Assembly (NCBI GenBank): GCA_963665095.1
Contig: OY762069.1
Coordinates: 5,920,001 to 5,984,000, forward strand
Direction of reading: 5' to 3'
DNA from: an uncultured Desulfobacter sp.
Lineage (GTDB): Bacteria; Desulfobacterota; Desulfobacteria; Desulfobacterales; Desulfobacteraceae
Length of the DNA: 64,000 nucleotides
The first letter of the stretch is position 1. Each line of letters begins with the position of its first letter. Below the pieces are notes generated by a model. The model made no database searches. It saw only the letters and a list, made by a program, of their open reading frames with translations, and was not told the DNA's origin. This document shows, piece by piece, positions 59,316 through 64,000 of the stretch. Made by a program: the position numbers and the translations under genes.

Positions 59316-60651
59316 AACAGGGTCCGATAACACACACACACAGAAAATCCCTAAGACCCGTCTCGAACGGGGGCTTTCTTCAACAAAAATTGCGGCCAGA
59401 ATCGGTACAAATCAGGTGCGTTATCTGATGAAACGACCCTTTTTATCAAAGGAGGGTCGTAACACCTCCCGGGAACAGCGGGACCGGGAAAATGCCCAAA
59501 CCCTTTTCAACGGCCTGGCCCTGCTCAAGGGGACTGCGCTGAAAGCCGCGCAGATGCTCAGCTTTGAACATGAATTGCTGCCCAAAGCCTTTCAGACGGA
59601 GCTGGAAAAATCCTACTACCAGGTGCCGCCTATTAACCGGGCCCTGGTGCGTAAACTGATTACCACAAGCCTTCATGAGGCGCCTGAAAATCTGTTTTCC
59701 CGGTTTGACACCAAGGCATTTGCCGCGGCAAGCCTGGGTCAGGTTCACAGGGCTGTTTCAAAAGAGGGTCTGGATCTGGCTGTAAAAATTCAGTATCCGG
59801 ACATGAGAAAGACCATTGACGGGGATATCCAGATGCTGGGGATGCTGGCCCGGCCCATGGCTGACTTTAAGCTGATTAAACCGGCCCTGGATGAAATCAG
59901 GGATGTGCTGCTGGCAGAGACAGATTACCTTCAGGAGACTGAAAATATAGAATTCTTCAGGACACACCTGAACATGGACCGGGTAACAATCCCAACCCCG
60001 GATCCCTCTTTGTCATCGGACCGGGTGCTTACCATGTCTTTTCTGGACGGGCAGATCTTAAGCCAGTGGCTGAAAACGAATCCTTCTCAGGAGGCACGCA
60101 ACCAGGTGGCCCAGACCCTGAACGATATATTCATCCGCAGTTTTTATGAACTCAATGTGGTGCATGCCGATCCCAATCCGGGCAATTTTCTGGTCCGGGA
60201 CAATCTTTGCGTTGGTCTGCTGGATTTCGGCTGCATCCGCCGGGTGCGCCCTGAATTTGTGGCCCAGTACCAGGAGCTGATTCAGCTGGACGGCACCCGG
60301 GAAGGATACCTGGATCTGTTGACCCGGATGAATTTTATCTCAAAGGATCTGGCACCCCAGGCCACCCGGGAGGTGCTTTCCGCTGTGATAGAGATGGGGA
60401 CCTGGCTGAAACAGTTGTTCCAGAAGGAGTATTTTGATTTTCGTGAGCATCCAGATTTCATTGCCCGGGGCCGAAGGCTTGGTGCTGAATTTCACCGGCT
60501 CAGCCGCCACATCAAGGGGTTTCCCCCGGAACTGGTATTCCTTGACCGGACCCGTTACGGGCTGACGCGGCTGTATGAACAGATGGGGGTAAAAATCCGG
60601 CTTCGAAACCACTACGAGTTCAACGATGGTATAAGGGCATCATCCACCTGA
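59305..60651 (+). CDS. ABC1/UbiB/COQ8-like atypical kinase
   Basis: KGTALKAAQMLS, AAASLGQVH, AVKIQYP, HADPNPGN and LLDFG motifs. Confidence 0.92.
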   Translation: MTNKTGSDNTHTQKIPKTRLERGLSSTKIAARIGTNQVRYLMKRPFLSKEGRNTSREQRDRENAQTLFNGLALLKGTALKAAQMLSFEHELLPKAFQTELEKSYYQVPPINRALVRKLITTSLHEAPENLFSRFDTKAFAAASLGQVHRAVSKEGLDLAVKIQYPDMRKTIDGDIQMLGMLARPMADFKLIKPALDEIRDVLLAETDYLQETENIEFFRTHLNMDRVTIPTPDPSLSSDRVLTMSFLDGQILSQWLKTNPSQEARNQVAQTLNDIFIRSFYELNVVHADPNPGNFLVRDNLCVGLLDFGCIRRVRPEFVAQYQELIQLDGTREGYLDLLTRMNFISKDLAPQATREVLSAVIEMGTWLKQLFQKEYFDFREHPDFIARGRRLGAEFHRLSRHIKGFPPELVFLDRTRYGLTRLYEQMGVKIRLRNHYEFNDGIRASST

Positions 60652-60765
60652 TTTTCAGTTACGCCATGACGGGCTTTCTTTTGTTATCAATGATTGACAA
60701 AAGGAATTTTCATGGCGTAATACGAAAACAAAGAAATTACTCTTTGCCGGAAAGGGGACGCACCC

Positions 60766-61560
60766 ATGAAGATTGCCATCACTGTGAACGGAGATGATCT
60801 TGCAGCCCCGGTGAGTGACAAACCAGGGACGGCCTCTCATCTGCTGGTGATTGACCTTTCGTCCAGAGAACTGCAGGCGCTTAAAGGTTCCGGGAAACCC
60901 GGGCCGGGTACTGGTTTCCAGTTTATCGCCATGGCCGTTAATGAAGAATGCACGGCCTTTCTGACTGGCTGGGTAAACCCGGTGGGAGAACGGCAGCTTG
61001 AAGCCCGGGGCATTAAAGTGGTAACAGGCGTGACCGGGAAGGCCGCAGAAGCGATTGATCAATTTCAACGGGAATACGCGCCAGATCTGGCGGTGCCCCG
61101 GGAGAAAGCCGCTGAAGCGTTGTTTCACCTGGATTCCCATGCTCTGGCAAAAGCCTGCCGCCAGGCCTTGAGGCAGATCAGCGGCATGCTTCCAGTTATT
61201 GCTGGCGTTGTCTTCTTGACAGGCCTGGTGACCGCCTTCATTCCCCAGCATGCCCTTGTCGGATTTTTTTCGGGCGGTTTACTTCATGGCATTTTCAAAG
61301 GCGCCCTTGCAGGAAGTCTTTTTACCGGGAATCCAGCCAACAGCTACATCATCGGTGAAAAATTGCTTGACCAGGGGATTGGCATCGGCGTGGTCACTGC
61401 CCTGATATGCGCCTGGGTAACGGTGGGAATTGTGCAACTGCCCGCTGAAATTACAGCCCTTGGCCGGCGCTTTGCTGTTGCCCGAAATGTTCTGTGCTTT
61501 ATGCTCTCCATGGTTATTGCACTGGTGATGGCGAGTGTTTTCGGGACACCGGAGGGGTAG
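60766..61560 (+). CDS. NifB/NifX-like domain fused to a permease half
   Basis: MKIAITVNGDDLAAPVS...LEARGIKVVTG, then hydrophobic segments with GNPANSY and WVTVGIVQLPAE. Confidence 0.75.
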   Translation: MKIAITVNGDDLAAPVSDKPGTASHLLVIDLSSRELQALKGSGKPGPGTGFQFIAMAVNEECTAFLTGWVNPVGERQLEARGIKVVTGVTGKAAEAIDQFQREYAPDLAVPREKAAEALFHLDSHALAKACRQALRQISGMLPVIAGVVFLTGLVTAFIPQHALVGFFSGGLLHGIFKGALAGSLFTGNPANSYIIGEKLLDQGIGIGVVTALICAWVTVGIVQLPAEITALGRRFAVARNVLCFMLSMVIALVMASVFGTPEG

Positions 61561-61563
61561 GAC

Positions 61564-62088
61564 ATGTCGCGGCCACACAGTTCAGTCACAAAGAAAATAA
61601 AATTTCCGGGTTCCTTCAAAGGGGTGTTCTCCCTTTTGGTGGCCGCTCTCTACCTTTTCCTCTGGTGGTTGGCTCCGGAAAAAACAGCCCTGGCGCTCCA
61701 GGCAGGTGTGTCTTCTTTCTGCCGCCTGCTTTTTCCACTGTTCCTGGTATTCTGTTTCCTGGTGGTCTTGAATCTTGTCTTAACCCCGCCACAGTTTGAA
61801 ACGTTCGCAAAAAGCGGTTCAGGCGTGAAGCGAATTTTTTTTGCCGCCATTGCCGGCATCCTGTCATCAGGTCCGGTTTATGCCTGGTACCCGGTTCTCA
61901 AAGAGCTGCGGGACCGGGGAGCAGCCCCGTCACTGATGGCTGTTTTTCTTGTCAACCGGGCCGTGAAGCCGGCACTTCTGCCAATGATGATCTCTTTGTT
62001 CGGCTGGCCCTTTGTCCTGCTTTTCACCCTGTTGACCGTGGCAGCATCCCTTTGCGTGGGGTTCTGCATGGATCGCCTGTTTTCATGA
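61564..62088 (+). CDS. Small permease (partner half, DUF318/ArsP-like)
   Basis: AGILSSGPVYAWYP and NRAVK motifs; 3 nt after the upstream gene. Confidence 0.75.
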   Translation: MSRPHSSVTKKIKFPGSFKGVFSLLVAALYLFLWWLAPEKTALALQAGVSSFCRLLFPLFLVFCFLVVLNLVLTPPQFETFAKSGSGVKRIFFAAIAGILSSGPVYAWYPVLKELRDRGAAPSLMAVFLVNRAVKPALLPMMISLFGWPFVLLFTLLTVAASLCVGFCMDRLFS

Positions 62089-62120
62089 AGTGCCTCTGAG
62101 CCCGGTGGCATACCGTTCTG

Positions 62121-62642
62121 TCATTCCCCTATAAGTGTCAGCAGGCTCTCCCGGTTCTTTTCTGGCACCTTCGGGCATTGTGAGGGATTTGCAGCTCCTG
62201 TCCTTACATCCGCGGCAAATCCCATACATGATGCGTAACCACATTCCTTGCAGTTTGATCTGGGTAGAAGTTTAAAAATTTCCATTAAAGTCGGCAGCTT
62301 TTTTTGTTTAAAGTCAGGCTTGATTTTTTTCCGCCGTTCCCAGGTTTGATTGACAATATGAATCAGCTCTTCAATCGTCTGAACCCCTTTCTCCCTGGTC
62401 TCAACAGGCGCAGCTGCAATTTCTTTCGGTCTGAATGCACATTTTTGCCCTTTGGTCTCCCAAATCAGGACCCGTGAGTTGTGGTCATAGGCCGCACCTT
62501 TTAATTCGGCATTCAGGTATGGCAGGACTTCTGTAATATCATCCTGTAAACTGGCTTTTACGCTCCAGACAGGAGCGCCGGGAACGCATGGTGGCTCGAT
62601 CAGTTCCAAAGCATAACTGCTGATCAATTGATTCATTTCCAT
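62121..62642 (-). CDS. Fe-S cluster-binding protein (C-terminal AcsC/RnfB-type FeS domain)
   Basis: PPCVPG, LPYLNA and LPRSNCKECGYASCMGFA...CP motifs. Confidence 0.85.
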   Translation of the reverse strand: MEMNQLISSYALELIEPPCVPGAPVWSVKASLQDDITEVLPYLNAELKGAAYDHNSRVLIWETKGQKCAFRPKEIAAAPVETREKGVQTIEELIHIVNQTWERRKKIKPDFKQKKLPTLMEIFKLLPRSNCKECGYASCMGFAADVRTGAANPSQCPKVPEKNRESLLTLIGE

Positions 62643-62845
62643 TTTTCATCCTTTATTTCAGGGGTGCCTGGCAGAGATAATCAGGTCGTTCACATTGGTG
62701 TCATTATAAAAGATCGTACCTGATTCAGGTGTGTTAAACCCGATCAACGAACGGCTCCGTGTTGGTTTTTCGGGGATTTTTCCACCTAAAGCGGCCCTTT
62801 TGTGCACATAATGAAGCTGCCACAAAGAAAGACCGGTAATCACAC

Positions 62846-63952
62846 CTACCTCGTCAATAAGCCCGGTGCCGACTTACTGTTCACTGAAGCTGCCGGCACA
62901 CAATAGGAAAAGGTGTCCAGGAACTGAAATGAATTCGTATCCTCAGGGTTGGTTAACGCCTTCCAGCGAAGCGTTACGCAGTCTCCCTCCACAGTGGCCA
63001 GCATATAACCGTAAAATTTTTCATTGTGATATTCCCGGGTGATGCGGCCTGCTTCCTTGTAACTTCCGGACCAGGTTCTACGCTTGCCGCCGCCGGGACT
63101 GACGATAATCTGGCGCAGGGGGTGGCCTGTGCTGTCAGGAATCAGCGCGCGGTTATAAAAATGGTCATGACCGCAAAAATAAATGATGGCCCCGGCCCGG
63201 CCAATGCTGTCCCAGAAGTCATCACGCAGTGCCGGAAAACACGACAGATTGTCCTTATGGTGCATTTCAAAGGCAGGTTCATGGCCGTATATAAATACAT
63301 GGGGAAGCGTATTGCCCTGTAACTGGCGGTCAAGCCACGCCTGATTTATTTTATGCTGACCACCGCTGTACTGGTCCAGCCCGACAAAAAAAGCATTTTT
63401 ATGGGAAAAGCTGTAGGTCAGCCCCTGTTCGCCAATGGGGCCATTTTTAGGAATATAGGATTCGTTGAACGTGTCCTGGTAAGCCTTTTTCAACTGGTCA
63501 AGGGCGCCGGGTGGTGGTTCGAGCCGGGCTGGCAGCGGCGGGAGCACCAGCCGTTCCGGGCCGCTGTCGTGGTTGCCCCGGATGGGATACACCCGGATGC
63601 CGGCATGATAGACCGGTGCCATGGCATTTTTCCAGTTTTGATATTGAACACAGTATGCAGTGTCACCGTTTTTAAACCAGCCGTTGACAAGATCTCCGGA
63701 AACAAGTACCAGGTCAGGTTTTTCCAGAACAATGTCACCGGCAATGGCATGGACGATGGCGTCGTTGATACAGGAGTGCCCCTGGGGTGCTTTGTTATGT
63801 CCCTGTGTATCAGAGACCACCGCAAATTTCCAGGATGGTGCACTGCTGTGGGAGGGCGCCGTGTTTCGCGTACAGGACGCGCTTACCAAAGAGAGCAGCA
63901 GAACCAGAAATGCCAGAACAGAAAAATACTTTTTATTGAAAAGTGATTGCAT
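62846..63952 (-). CDS. Calcineurin-like metallophosphoesterase, probable lipoprotein
   Basis: SDTQ, GDLV, GNHD and GHDH motifs; signal peptide ending LVSASC. Confidence 0.85.
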   Translation of the reverse strand: MQSLFNKKYFSVLAFLVLLLSLVSASCTRNTAPSHSSAPSWKFAVVSDTQGHNKAPQGHSCINDAIVHAIAGDIVLEKPDLVLVSGDLVNGWFKNGDTAYCVQYQNWKNAMAPVYHAGIRVYPIRGNHDSGPERLVLPPLPARLEPPPGALDQLKKAYQDTFNESYIPKNGPIGEQGLTYSFSHKNAFFVGLDQYSGGQHKINQAWLDRQLQGNTLPHVFIYGHEPAFEMHHKDNLSCFPALRDDFWDSIGRAGAIIYFCGHDHFYNRALIPDSTGHPLRQIIVSPGGGKRRTWSGSYKEAGRITREYHNEKFYGYMLATVEGDCVTLRWKALTNPEDTNSFQFLDTFSYCVPAASVNSKSAPGLLTR

Positions 63953-64000
63953 GGTGCCTTCCCATCTTAAACAGTTATAGCCGTTATCTGCCAATGATGA

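Noticed and set aside
1..64000. CRISPR array, prophage, retron/RT or defence system
   Set aside because: No spaced direct repeats and no cas, phage, integrase, reverse transcriptase or defence-like genes recognised.

Overview
Chromosomal window from an anaerobic Desulfobacteraceae-like sulfate reducer (inferred from gene content and protein style). Its core is a Wood-Ljungdahl/C1 region: acsD-cooS(acsA)-acsB-acsC-acsE divergent from fhs-folD, plus cooC, two tandem RACo corrinoid activators and a fused FTCD. Upstream lie a TetR-controlled CoA-ligase/crotonase/APC-permease unit, a cluster of three pseudogenes, and a 2-hydroxyacid (probably lactate) module: GlcD-type dehydrogenase, a polyferredoxin-MvhD fusion and LarA. 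A decayed island (IS21 remnant fused back-to-back with a hydB/nuoF pseudogene) sits between cooC and acsE. The right half has the conserved ispE-tRNA-Gln-prs-rplY-pth-carD block, a tRNA quality-control neighbourhood (rluD, AlaX-like, trmJ, dtd, an orphan radical SAM, a GTDC1/QTMAN-like glycosyltransferase), an orphan RnfB-GltD fusion, signalling genes, ppaC, a fatty acid-CoA ligase, a COQ9-like TetR/ABC1 kinase pair, paired permeases and a metallophosphoesterase. Best leads: the dehydrogenase-MvhD-LarA module, the ~200-aa tether-like tail on AcsD, the QTMAN-like/radical SAM pair, the tandem RACo pair, a catalytically dead NlpC/P60, a 70-bp perfect palindrome and a structured acs leader. All calls come from motif recognition; no searches were run.
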